DNA of 62,831 nt, the filler included. It is 4 parts of 4 records of this genome, joined end to end, with 100 filler letters (N's around TTAATTAATTAA, not from the genome) between each part and the next. Parts side by side here need not be neighbours in the genome. Positions count along the whole stretch, not along the records: positions 1 to 28,179 come from SRR31156797_4766; 3 more parts are not named here. One strand, given 5' to 3'. Position numbers and translations under genes: made by a program. Numbering within the stretch: the stretch's first letter is position 1; every line of letters starts with the position of its first letter. Below, piece after piece: positions 9,359-18,153 of this stretch. The notes below the pieces were generated by a model. The model was not told where the DNA came from, did no database searches, and saw only the letters and a list, made by a program, of their open reading frames with translations.

Positions 9359-11809
9359 ATGAAAGGAAGAGATCAAATCATTGCAGAATTGCGTTCAGTT
9401 ATCGGAAGACTGGAAGCGGTTTTAAGCTCCATTGATGAAGCTATCCTCTGGACCGACCACGAAGGCAAAGCTAAATGGTGCAACGACAGCTTTGCGCAAT
9501 TGCTAAGTTTAAAACGCATCTTCATCATGGGGAAGGAAGTCAGCAAAATATTTCCCCTCTCCCAGCGAGGTCAGGAACTTCCGCCTGAAGCCCATCCTCT
9601 TGTTGTTGCCCTGCGCAATCAAACATCACAACAGGGTAACTACACCTTCGGCCCGGAAAACATTCCCTTTGTCGTCAAGGTCCAGTATCTGAGAACAGTG
9701 GAAGGCCCGCCGACTACAATCATCATTGCCCGTGACTCATCTCAGGAAAAAGAACTGGCCGAATATCGCATTCAAGGAGCCGCACTGGCCGCAGCAGCCA
9801 ATGCTATTGTCATTTTGGACAGCATCGGCCGGGTCCACTGGATTAACAATGCCTTCACTTCTATGACCGGATACAATTTCGATGAAGTGTATGGAAAAAC
9901 CCTGAAAATCCTTAAATCAGGCAGACAATCATCTGAATTTTATAAAAACCTGTGGAACACAATCCTCTCCGGAAAGACATGGACTGGCGAGCTCATCAAC
10001 CGTCGCAAGAACGGCGAAACATATTATGAAGAACAGCGCATCACCCCGGTGGTGGATACGCAAGGCAATGTTATCAATTTTATCGCCATCAAAAGCGACA
10101 TAACTGAGAAAAAACTAGCCCAAAAAGCCCTTGAAGACCGGGAAGCAAAGTTATCCGCCCTCTTTAACGGAGTTATCGATGCCATTGTCACTGCCGATTC
10201 CAGTGGGAAAATATTATCCGTAAACCCGGCTGCGGAAAAAATATTTGGATACGCTCCCGGTGAGCTTGATGGACAGAATGTTCGAATCCTTGTTCCCCCT
10301 GAATTAAGGCCAAATCATGATAGTTTCATCAGACGGTATTTAAAGACAGGCATCCCAAAAGTGATCGGATTCGGAAGAGAAGTAGAGGCTATACATAAAA
10401 ACGGAACACGTTTCCCTGTTGATCTTTCCATTAATGAAATACGAACTCCTGACGCGGTTATGTTTACCGCCATTGTGCGCGACATCTCCGAGCGCAAGGA
10501 GCAGGAAAGACGGTTGCGCATGCTAAATGACCAGTTGGAACAACTCGTTGATGAACGCACAGCAGCCCTGACCCGCAAAACGGAAGAACTGACCATAGAA
10601 GTAGCCGAACGCAAAAAAGCCGAAACCGAAATACGGCAGAACCGAGAACTACTCCGGTCACTATTGGATGGGATATCTGCTGCTTTTCTGATTATTGATC
10701 TTGAAGACAGGATCATTGCCGAGACAAATGAAATAGCGGAAAACATGTTCGGGCTATCAAGGGGGAAACTTCTGGGGCGCAATTGCGATCGAATTTTCGC
10801 CAACCAAGGTAAATATCAGGAAGAAATCTGCCCCAGATCATATGAAGAAGAATCCACCAAGGAAACTGTGATTTTCGGCAGTGACGGACGAACACTTCCC
10901 GTGACCCGCCATGTTTTGCCTATCACCATAGGCACCCGCCCACATCTGGCGGTAATTCTCTTTGATATTTCCGAACGGAAAAGTCTTGAGCGCAAACTTG
11001 AGATGGCCCGCAAGTTAGAATCCATCGGCAGGCTGGCCTCAGGAATTGCCCATGAAATCAACACTCCGATCCAGTACGTTGGCAACTCAGTCCATTTTCA
11101 AAAAGAAGCATTTGCTGATTTCCTGAGGATTCACCAGATGGACAACCGCATCCTTAAAGAGTGCCGCAAGACGGGGCTTTTTCCGAACCTGCTTAACGAA
11201 CGGGACCGCATTGCTGAAGATGAAGATCTTGATTTTCTCGTCACTGAAATCCCTGAATCCTGTGATCGCGCACTTGAAGGGGTCAGCCGTGTAGCTGGAA
11301 TTGTACAGGCAATGAAAGACTTTTCGCACCCCGGACAACAAAAGATGCAACCCGCTGATATTAACAGTCTGATCACTACTACAACCACAGTTTCGCGCAA
11401 TGAATGGAAGTATTATGCCGAGATGGATATGCAGCTTGGGAAAATACCGCTGGTTAACTGTTTTCAGGGCAATATAAATCAGGTCCTTTTAAATATGATC
11501 GTCAATGCTGCCCATGCCATCAGGGATAAATACAAAAACACAGGCAAAACCGGAAAAATAACCATTTCCACATATCAAAAAGACGAAGAAGTTCGAATCA
11601 GTATCAGTGATGATGGTACTGGAATTCCTGATCAAATCAGGGACAAAATATTTGAACCATTCTTTACGACGAAGAAGGTTGGGGAAGGCAGCGGGCAAGG
11701 ACTTGCGATTGTTCATGATATTATCGTCACCAAGCATGGCGGAGCCGTCGACCTTGATTCAATACCGGATGTAGGCACAACCTTTACCATTCGCCTGCCC
11801 CTCATGTAA
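9359..11809 (+). CDS. Cytoplasmic multi-PAS sensor histidine kinase
   Basis: Four PAS repeats, H-box 'AHEINTPIQY', 'NAAHA', 'DDGTGIP' and 'GSGQGL'. No TM segments seen. Confidence 0.92.
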   Translation: MKGRDQIIAELRSVIGRLEAVLSSIDEAILWTDHEGKAKWCNDSFAQLLSLKRIFIMGKEVSKIFPLSQRGQELPPEAHPLVVALRNQTSQQGNYTFGPENIPFVVKVQYLRTVEGPPTTIIIARDSSQEKELAEYRIQGAALAAAANAIVILDSIGRVHWINNAFTSMTGYNFDEVYGKTLKILKSGRQSSEFYKNLWNTILSGKTWTGELINRRKNGETYYEEQRITPVVDTQGNVINFIAIKSDITEKKLAQKALEDREAKLSALFNGVIDAIVTADSSGKILSVNPAAEKIFGYAPGELDGQNVRILVPPELRPNHDSFIRRYLKTGIPKVIGFGREVEAIHKNGTRFPVDLSINEIRTPDAVMFTAIVRDISERKEQERRLRMLNDQLEQLVDERTAALTRKTEELTIEVAERKKAETEIRQNRELLRSLLDGISAAFLIIDLEDRIIAETNEIAENMFGLSRGKLLGRNCDRIFANQGKYQEEICPRSYEEESTKETVIFGSDGRTLPVTRHVLPITIGTRPHLAVILFDISERKSLERKLEMARKLESIGRLASGIAHEINTPIQYVGNSVHFQKEAFADFLRIHQMDNRILKECRKTGLFPNLLNERDRIAEDEDLDFLVTEIPESCDRALEGVSRVAGIVQAMKDFSHPGQQKMQPADINSLITTTTTVSRNEWKYYAEMDMQLGKIPLVNCFQGNINQVLLNMIVNAAHAIRDKYKNTGKTGKITISTYQKDEEVRISISDDGTGIPDQIRDKIFEPFFTTKKVGEGSGQGLAIVHDIIVTKHGGAVDLDSIPDVGTTFTIRLPLM

Positions 11810-11981
11810 TTACGCAAGAGCTTGTTTTATAAAGGTTTCGAACTGAAAACATACTCTATTACACACTCGCCAATATCGTTTCAAACCTAAAAAACTATTT
11901 ATTTAATAGACCTTTTCCCAAAATTCATATTAATATTATACCAACGCTTAACTCTTTACTGGTTTGCTGAGGTTTGCACTG

Positions 11982-13127
11982 ATGAAGCCCAGAATTCTCT
12001 TTGTAGACGACGACCCGAACATACTCACTTCCTTTCGTAGTCTGCTGCGCAAAGAATTTAAAATTGATACCGCCGACCATCCTGAAAAAGGATTGGCACT
12101 TTTCAAAGAGAACGGCCCGTATCCCGTTGTTGTGTCCGACCTTAAAATGCCGGATATGAACGGGCTGGAATTTCTTGCGGAAATTGAAAAAATAGACAAA
12201 GACGCCGTCGGCATAATTTTGACCGGACATGCAGACATCAAGGCTGCGCTCACTGCTCTCAATCAAGGACATGTCTTCCGTTTTCTGACTAAACCGGCGG
12301 AACGCGACACTATTACCAATATCATCAATGCCGGACTTGCTCAGCACAAGCTGATCACCGGAAATAAACATAAGGCCCGGATCATCAAAGAGGACCTCGC
12401 GGCTGCAGCGTTCATCCAGCAAAGTTTCTTGCCCAAAGAAACCTGTGCTCTGGGCAGTGTCTGCCTGAGCTGGGTGTTCAAACCAAGTGGCGATGTTGGC
12501 GGGGATATGTTTAATCTGGTTCCCCTTGATGACGACAAAACTGCGTTCTACCTGCTGGACATCAGCGGGCATGGAGTTTCCGCTGCGTTAGCTGCAATCT
12601 CCGTCTCCCGGCTGCTCTCACGATCCGATCATTTCACCGCACAGCAGAACAGGGTAATTCCTCCCTCAGAACTGCTCAAACAACTCGATGCTGACTTTCC
12701 CATTGAGCGGATGAACAAACATTTCACTATGTTTTACAGCGTGGTCAGCAAATCGGAAAAAACTCTCACTTACAGCAGTGCCGGACACCTGCCCCCGCTT
12801 CTGCTGCGCCAAAACAGCGACATTGAGTATCTTGAAAAAGGCGGAAGTGTCATCGGCGTTAATGCGGGTATCCCTTTTGAGCAGGAAACAGTGCCATTTT
12901 ATCCCGGAGACCGTCTAATAAGCTACACCGACGGCCTTTCTGAATATGAATCCCCAAGTGGAGAACAATTCGGAGCACCGCGCCTTGAATCCTGTATACT
13001 GAACCATTCTTCGGAAGGTTCAGCTCGCCTGCTGGACTATGTCTACAATGAAATGCTGACCTTTGGCGAGAATCATCCTTTACAGGATGATGTAACTCTC
13101 TGCTGCCTTGAGTTCATGGAAGAGTAA
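11982..13127 (+). CDS. Response regulator fused to SpoIIE/PP2C phosphatase (RsbU-like)
   Basis: REC 'ILFVDDD', 'VVSDLKMP', 'FLTKP'. PP2C 'VGGDMF', 'DISGHG', 'YTDGLSE', 'DDVT'. Confidence 0.9.
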   Translation: MKPRILFVDDDPNILTSFRSLLRKEFKIDTADHPEKGLALFKENGPYPVVVSDLKMPDMNGLEFLAEIEKIDKDAVGIILTGHADIKAALTALNQGHVFRFLTKPAERDTITNIINAGLAQHKLITGNKHKARIIKEDLAAAAFIQQSFLPKETCALGSVCLSWVFKPSGDVGGDMFNLVPLDDDKTAFYLLDISGHGVSAALAAISVSRLLSRSDHFTAQQNRVIPPSELLKQLDADFPIERMNKHFTMFYSVVSKSEKTLTYSSAGHLPPLLLRQNSDIEYLEKGGSVIGVNAGIPFEQETVPFYPGDRLISYTDGLSEYESPSGEQFGAPRLESCILNHSSEGSARLLDYVYNEMLTFGENHPLQDDVTLCCLEFMEE

Positions 13128-13129
13128 CC

Positions 13130-14101
13130 ATGAGCAGCAATCCACTTCCACACGACATATACTCCGCCCTTGCACGGCGTATGGGCGAAACCGCAGTTTC
13201 GCAACGCTTAAGGATGCAGGTCGAGCATGCTGCATCATGGTTCGGCAAAGGATTCGGGCATATTCATCTGGAAAATCTGGATACTTTTATAAATTTTGTG
13301 GACGGCACCCTCCGCATAAGCAGAATGCGTGAGCGGGGCAGGCGAAACAGCCTTGATTTTAGAATTAAGAGAAATGAAGTCCACATCCCCGGACTTCCTG
13401 ATCCCCTTGACGGGCTCAGAATACTGCACCTGACCGATATTCATATCGATGGTTTCATTGACGGCGGAGAAGCTCTATTGTCTACGGTCACCCCCTTGCA
13501 TTGTGACCTCTGCGTGCTCACCGGAGACTACCGCTTACTGACCCATCACAGCCACAAGCCCTCTGCTATCGGCATGTCCCGGCTGGTCACCAAGATAAAC
13601 GCACCTCACGGGATATACGGTATCCTCGGAAACCACGACTTTATTGAGCAGGTTCCGGCCCTTGAAGAAAGCGGCGTGCGCATGCTGCTCAACGAAGGAG
13701 AAACCATCAAACACAACGGTGCCGAACTTTTCATTGCCGGGGTGGATGATCCCCATTTCTATGGGACCTATGACCTTGACCGGGCTTTCCGGTCCCGACC
13801 GCAAGTAACACCAACAATCCTGCTCAGCCATTCCCCGGAACTATATGCGGAAGCTGCCGCCCGTTCCGTGGAACTCTATCTCTGCGGTCACACCCATGGC
13901 GGCCAAATCTGCCTCCCCGGAGGAATTCCGATCATCACCCACGCAGCCTGTCCCCGTTCTATGACATCTGGCAGCTGGGTTTATGAAAACATGTCCGGCT
14001 ACACTTCTCGTGGAGCCGGATGTTCCGGTGTACAGGCTCGTTTCAATTGCCCGCCGGAAGTCACAATTCACATTTTACGCAGCACAGGAGACGGGGCATG
14101 A
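13130..14101 (+). CDS. Calcineurin-like metallophosphoesterase (YkuE/YaeI-like)
   Basis: 'HLTDIH', 'LTGDY', 'LGNHD', 'LLSHSP' and 'GHTHGGQ'. Confidence 0.9.
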   Translation: MSSNPLPHDIYSALARRMGETAVSQRLRMQVEHAASWFGKGFGHIHLENLDTFINFVDGTLRISRMRERGRRNSLDFRIKRNEVHIPGLPDPLDGLRILHLTDIHIDGFIDGGEALLSTVTPLHCDLCVLTGDYRLLTHHSHKPSAIGMSRLVTKINAPHGIYGILGNHDFIEQVPALEESGVRMLLNEGETIKHNGAELFIAGVDDPHFYGTYDLDRAFRSRPQVTPTILLSHSPELYAEAAARSVELYLCGHTHGGQICLPGGIPIITHAACPRSMTSGSWVYENMSGYTSRGAGCSGVQARFNCPPEVTIHILRSTGDGA

Positions 14102-14520
14102 ACAAACCGCTTTTCATGAACCGCAGATTCAGCGCAGACCTGAAAAACATGTCCATCAGTGCGGAAATGGTCCGCCAATGCAGGGCCATCCTGCCCATGG
14201 ATGAGAAGATAGGACAGGACATTGACCTTGCTGTTTCTGAAGCGGTCTCCAACGCGATCAGGCATAGCAATTCCTTGGGAGAATCCAGTATTGCCCTGCG
14301 CTTAATCTCAGATGGTAAAAAGCTGATTGTCGAAGTGGAGGATTCCGGTCCCGGATTTGATTTTGAACTTATTCAGACTCCTGACCTGAATACCCCGCAA
14401 GAAGGCGGCTACGGACTTTTCCTGATAAAACAGGTAATGGATTCGGTCAGCTATGAACGCAGACAGGGCGGCAATGTCCTGAGCATGGAAAAACTGCTTA
14501 CGGCAAAGGAGGACACATAA
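14098..14520 (+). CDS. Anti-sigma-factor-type Ser kinase (RsbW-like)
   Basis: 'LAVSEAVSNAIRH', 'VEDSGPGFD' and 'GGYGLFLIKQVMD'. ATGA overlap with the upstream gene. Confidence 0.88.
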   Translation: MNKPLFMNRRFSADLKNMSISAEMVRQCRAILPMDEKIGQDIDLAVSEAVSNAIRHSNSLGESSIALRLISDGKKLIVEVEDSGPGFDFELIQTPDLNTPQEGGYGLFLIKQVMDSVSYERRQGGNVLSMEKLLTAKEDT

Positions 14521-14871
14521 ATGGAATACCTGCTCGTTGTTCTATCCGTGACCATGACCACACTGGGCCAGATATTCCAAAAGCTGGGAGCAGTGCGTAT
14601 CAAGGAAGAAATGTCTGCAGGAAAATCTGTCGTTGCCGCAGCAGCAAATATACACATTATTCTGGGCATCGCAGCCCTCGGGTCAGGAGCTTTCCTCTGG
14701 CTCATGGTTCTTTCACGCATGGAACTAAGCCTTGCCTATCCCATGATGAGTCTGGGCTACGTGCTGGTGACCATTGCTTCAAAATACTTCTTTAAAGAAG
14801 AGATTCCCATGCACCGCTACATCGGCATCGCAACCATCATAATGGGCATAGTCCTGATCTCAAGGAGCTAG
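14521..14871 (+). CDS. ArnE-like SMR/EamA flippase subunit
   Basis: 116 aa, 4 TM. 'GQIFQK' and 'LSLAYPMMSLGYVLV'. Confidence 0.75.
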   Translation: MEYLLVVLSVTMTTLGQIFQKLGAVRIKEEMSAGKSVVAAAANIHIILGIAALGSGAFLWLMVLSRMELSLAYPMMSLGYVLVTIASKYFFKEEIPMHRYIGIATIIMGIVLISRS

Positions 14872-14874
14872 ACA

Positions 14875-15231
14875 ATGAAATCGTATCTACTTGTTGCCTG
14901 CTCGGTGATCCTCGGTGTTCTGGGACAGCTTTTCATGAAAAAAGGCATGGTCGTGCTCGGTCCGCTGAACGAGCCGACTATCATGACCGCTTTTACCATT
15001 GTCTTCCAGCCGTGGGTCTTCAGCGGTCTTGTCTCCTATGGATTGGCCATGATGATCTGGGTGGCGGTTTTAAGCCGTCTGGACCTCAGCTATGCTTATC
15101 CATTGCTCAGCTCAGGGTACGTGTTGGTAGCCCTTGGCTCATGGTGGATGTTCGGGGATTCAATTTCCGCAACACGTTGGGCCGGAATTCTGGTAATATC
15201 AGCAGGTGTCGTACTCACGGCCAAAAAATGA
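14875..15231 (+). CDS. ArnF-like SMR/EamA flippase subunit
   Basis: 118 aa, 4 TM. 'GQLFMKKG' and 'LDLSYAYPLLSSGYV'. Paired with the preceding paralog. Confidence 0.75.
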   Translation: MKSYLLVACSVILGVLGQLFMKKGMVVLGPLNEPTIMTAFTIVFQPWVFSGLVSYGLAMMIWVAVLSRLDLSYAYPLLSSGYVLVALGSWWMFGDSISATRWAGILVISAGVVLTAKK

Positions 15232-15239
15232 GGTATCTC

Positions 15240-15986
15240 ATGAGTGATAAAAATTTTGAATATTATCTCTCGGTGGTCATCCCGGCCTACAATGAACAGG
15301 AGCGCATTGCCGACACCCTATACACGGTCAAGGAGTTCCTCGATGAGCAGCCTTACAAAAGCGAGATCATTATCGTGGATGACGGCAGCCGGGATTGGAC
15401 CACTGAAGTGGTCAAGACTGTGGACATCTACAATCAGGAGATGAAAGCCCAGAACGTCAGTGCCATCATGGAAAACGTAAAAAACGTGGGCAAAGGATTT
15501 TCCGTGGCCCGGGGCATGCTCCGCGCCAAAGGCAAGTTCGTGCTTTTTTCCGATGCTGACCTATCCACGCCCATCAGCGAAATCAACAAACTGCTGCCCG
15601 CACTCGAGCAGGGCTGCGATATTGCCATAGGTTCCCGGCGTATGGCCGAATCAGAAGTTGAAAAGAAACCATTTTACCGCGATCTGATGAGCTTTGTCTT
15701 CAATTCGGTGGTTGGTTTATTCGCCGTTCGCGGCATCAAAGACACCCAATGCGGATTCAAGGCCTTTCGCAATGAGGTAGCTCACAAAATTGCCGACAAA
15801 CAAAAGCTGTACGGATTCAGTTTCGATGTGGAGCAACTTTTTCTGGCCCGCAAGCTTGGCTATTGTATCGAAGAAGTACCCGTAAAATGGGAACATGCCG
15901 AAGGGTCCAAGGTCGACCCGCTACGTGATTCCATCCGCATGTTCATGGATGTAATGCGCATTCGAATGCTGCACAGGAATTTATAG
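15240..15986 (+). CDS. GT2 polyprenyl-phosphate glycosyltransferase (dolichyl-P beta-glucosyltransferase-like)
   Basis: 'LSVVIPAYNE', 'VDDGSRD', 'NVGKGFSV', 'FSDADL', 'DTQCGFKAF' and 'FDVE'. Confidence 0.88.
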   Translation: MSDKNFEYYLSVVIPAYNEQERIADTLYTVKEFLDEQPYKSEIIIVDDGSRDWTTEVVKTVDIYNQEMKAQNVSAIMENVKNVGKGFSVARGMLRAKGKFVLFSDADLSTPISEINKLLPALEQGCDIAIGSRRMAESEVEKKPFYRDLMSFVFNSVVGLFAVRGIKDTQCGFKAFRNEVAHKIADKQKLYGFSFDVEQLFLARKLGYCIEEVPVKWEHAEGSKVDPLRDSIRMFMDVMRIRMLHRNL

Positions 15987-15999
15987 AGGAGGACTTGAT

Positions 16000-16335
16000 A
16001 TGCTGAAAGTGGATATTAAAAATGTGAATGACATTTGCGTAGTTAAACCCGGAACCCAACGCCTTGATGCCAGCACTGCTGTTGATTTCAAAAATACCCT
16101 GCTCAAGCTGATTGAGGAAGGGAACCTGCGGCTGCTGATCAATCTGGAAAATGTGAATTTTATCGACAGTTCCGGCCTTGGAGCAATCATCTCCGCCATG
16201 CGGCAGGTCGGTGTAAAAGGAGACATCAAACTCTGTGACGTTGCCGAACAAGTGGAAGAACTGCTGCGGCTGACCAGACTGAACAAAGTTCTGCAAATCT
16301 TCCCCGGCGAAAAAGAGGCACAGGAAGGGTATTAA
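16000..16335 (+). CDS. STAS anti-anti-sigma factor (RsbV/SpoIIAA-like)
   Basis: 'VNFIDSSGLGAII' contains the phosphoacceptor Ser. Confidence 0.9.
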   Translation: MLKVDIKNVNDICVVKPGTQRLDASTAVDFKNTLLKLIEEGNLRLLINLENVNFIDSSGLGAIISAMRQVGVKGDIKLCDVAEQVEELLRLTRLNKVLQIFPGEKEAQEGY

Positions 16336-16341
16336 TCGACC

Positions 16342-18153
16342 ATGAAAAACTTCTATTTCTCGGAATATGAACACAGGAAACCTTATCGTCCGGTGCCGTT
16401 CTCGGCGGGGCGGCAGTTTCTTTACCAGTATCTGGCGACCATCAATATTGCTATGGGCGTTTGGTACTTCCACTGGCGCTGGTTCTATTCCCTGAACACG
16501 GAAGCCCTTTGGTTCTCCATCCCGCTGGCACTGGCTGAAACATTGGCCTTCCTGAGTACGGCCCTGTTCATTGTGAACCTCTGGGCGCACAAGGATGAGC
16601 CGAGTAAACCGGCCCCGGCCATGGTCAGCGAAATTATGGCTGAAAAGGAACGTCCCCCTGAAGACCGACCCATCAGCATCGATATTTTCCTGCCGACCTA
16701 CACGGAAGACCCGGAGCTGGTGCGCTATTCCATTCGCGATTCCAAGGCGGTGAACTACCCCCATCCGGCGGATATAAAAATCCATGTCTTAGATGACGGC
16801 AAAAGGGAGGAAATGCACGCCGTTGCCCAAGAGGAAGGAGTCAACTACATCACCCGCACGGACAACCGGGGCTTCAAAGCCGGGAACTTGCGTAATGCCA
16901 TGGAACTGACCCACGGCGATATTATCGTCATTCTGGATGCCGACACCCGTCCGTTCCCGCAATTCCTTGAACGGACCATTGGCTATTTTCGCGACCCGGA
17001 CGTAGCTTGGGTTCAGACCCCACAATGGTTCTACGACATTCCCGAAGGAGAAGGGCTGCAATCTCTGTTTGAACGCAAACTTGGTTTCCGGGCTGGTAAA
17101 ATAGGGGCGTTCATTGAACGGGTCATCGGAAAGGTTCATGTGGGCAAGGACATTTTCGGCAGTGATCCACGCATGTTCTATGACTGCATCCTGCGGCGGC
17201 GTATGAATTACAATGCCTCCTTTTGCTGCGGTGCCGGATCGCTGCATCGACGTGAAGCTGTTTTGCGGGCGGCACTGCTGCGTTACATGGACGAAGTTGA
17301 AAACCACGCCAATGAGGCCAGCAAAGATATGGCTGACCCGGAACTTGCCGAAGCAATCCGGCTTGGCGCGGCTCGCGGCTTCATGAGCGATACCGAAGTC
17401 ACACCCTATAAGTATCATGTCTCTGAGGACATCTACACCTCAATGCTCCTGCATGCGGACCGCAGCAGGGAATGGAAATCCATCCACCACGCGGAAGTTC
17501 TTTCCAAAATGCTTTCCCCGCAGGACCTTGAAGCCTACCTGACCCAGAATTTCAAATATGCCGGAGGCACGCTGGACCTCTTGCGCCGGGATAATCCCCT
17601 GACCCTGCCCGGCCTGCATACGGGACAGCGGATGATGTATTTCGCCTCCACTTTTTCATATTTCGCGGCCTTCTGGATGATCATTTTCCTGATCACCCCG
17701 GCCATATTTTATTTTACCGGACTGGTTCCGGTTAAGGGATTCGACCTTGATTTTTTCATCCACATCCTCACTTTTCAAATAATCAGCCAGATCACTTTCA
17801 TGCTTGGAACATGGGGAGTGAACACCTTGCGCAATGTGCAATATTACGTGGCTTTCTTCCCTCTGAACATCAAGGCAATCTGGACCGTGCTCAAGGGAGA
17901 CACCATTAAATTCAAGGTCACCCCCAAAAGGGGAGCCAGCCGGGCAAGGCTTGATCTGGTTAGACCACAACTGTTTATGATCGCACTCAATGTCGCCGGA
18001 ATCATCTGGTATCTTGGCCGGATAGCGCTGGGTTATGAATATGACCTGATGGGGTTCATCATCGCCACTTTCTGGTCGATGCTGAACATGTCCTCACTGA
18101 TGGTGATTGTCCGGGCCGCCACATGGAAAACAGACGAGAGCAGGTTGTTATGA
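16342..18153 (+). CDS. Cellulose-synthase-like processive GT2 (BcsA-like, no PilZ)
   Basis: 'VLDDG', 'FKAGN', 'LDADT', 'QTPQ', 'FCCGAG' and 'SED'. QxxRW reads 'QNFKY'. N- and C-terminal TM helices and 'FKVTPK'. Confidence 0.88.
   Translation: MKNFYFSEYEHRKPYRPVPFSAGRQFLYQYLATINIAMGVWYFHWRWFYSLNTEALWFSIPLALAETLAFLSTALFIVNLWAHKDEPSKPAPAMVSEIMAEKERPPEDRPISIDIFLPTYTEDPELVRYSIRDSKAVNYPHPADIKIHVLDDGKREEMHAVAQEEGVNYITRTDNRGFKAGNLRNAMELTHGDIIVILDADTRPFPQFLERTIGYFRDPDVAWVQTPQWFYDIPEGEGLQSLFERKLGFRAGKIGAFIERVIGKVHVGKDIFGSDPRMFYDCILRRRMNYNASFCCGAGSLHRREAVLRAALLRYMDEVENHANEASKDMADPELAEAIRLGAARGFMSDTEVTPYKYHVSEDIYTSMLLHADRSREWKSIHHAEVLSKMLSPQDLEAYLTQNFKYAGGTLDLLRRDNPLTLPGLHTGQRMMYFASTFSYFAAFWMIIFLITPAIFYFTGLVPVKGFDLDFFIHILTFQIISQITFMLGTWGVNTLRNVQYYVAFFPLNIKAIWTVLKGDTIKFKVTPKRGASRARLDLVRPQLFMIALNVAGIIWYLGRIALGYEYDLMGFIIATFWSMLNMSSLMVIVRAATWKTDESRLL

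Noticed and set aside
18107-18149. ORF-track start for the first DUF3131 gene
   Set aside because: It is a non-ATG start inside the synthase gene giving a nonsense N-terminus. The coupled ATG 18150 plus frameshift explains the data better.
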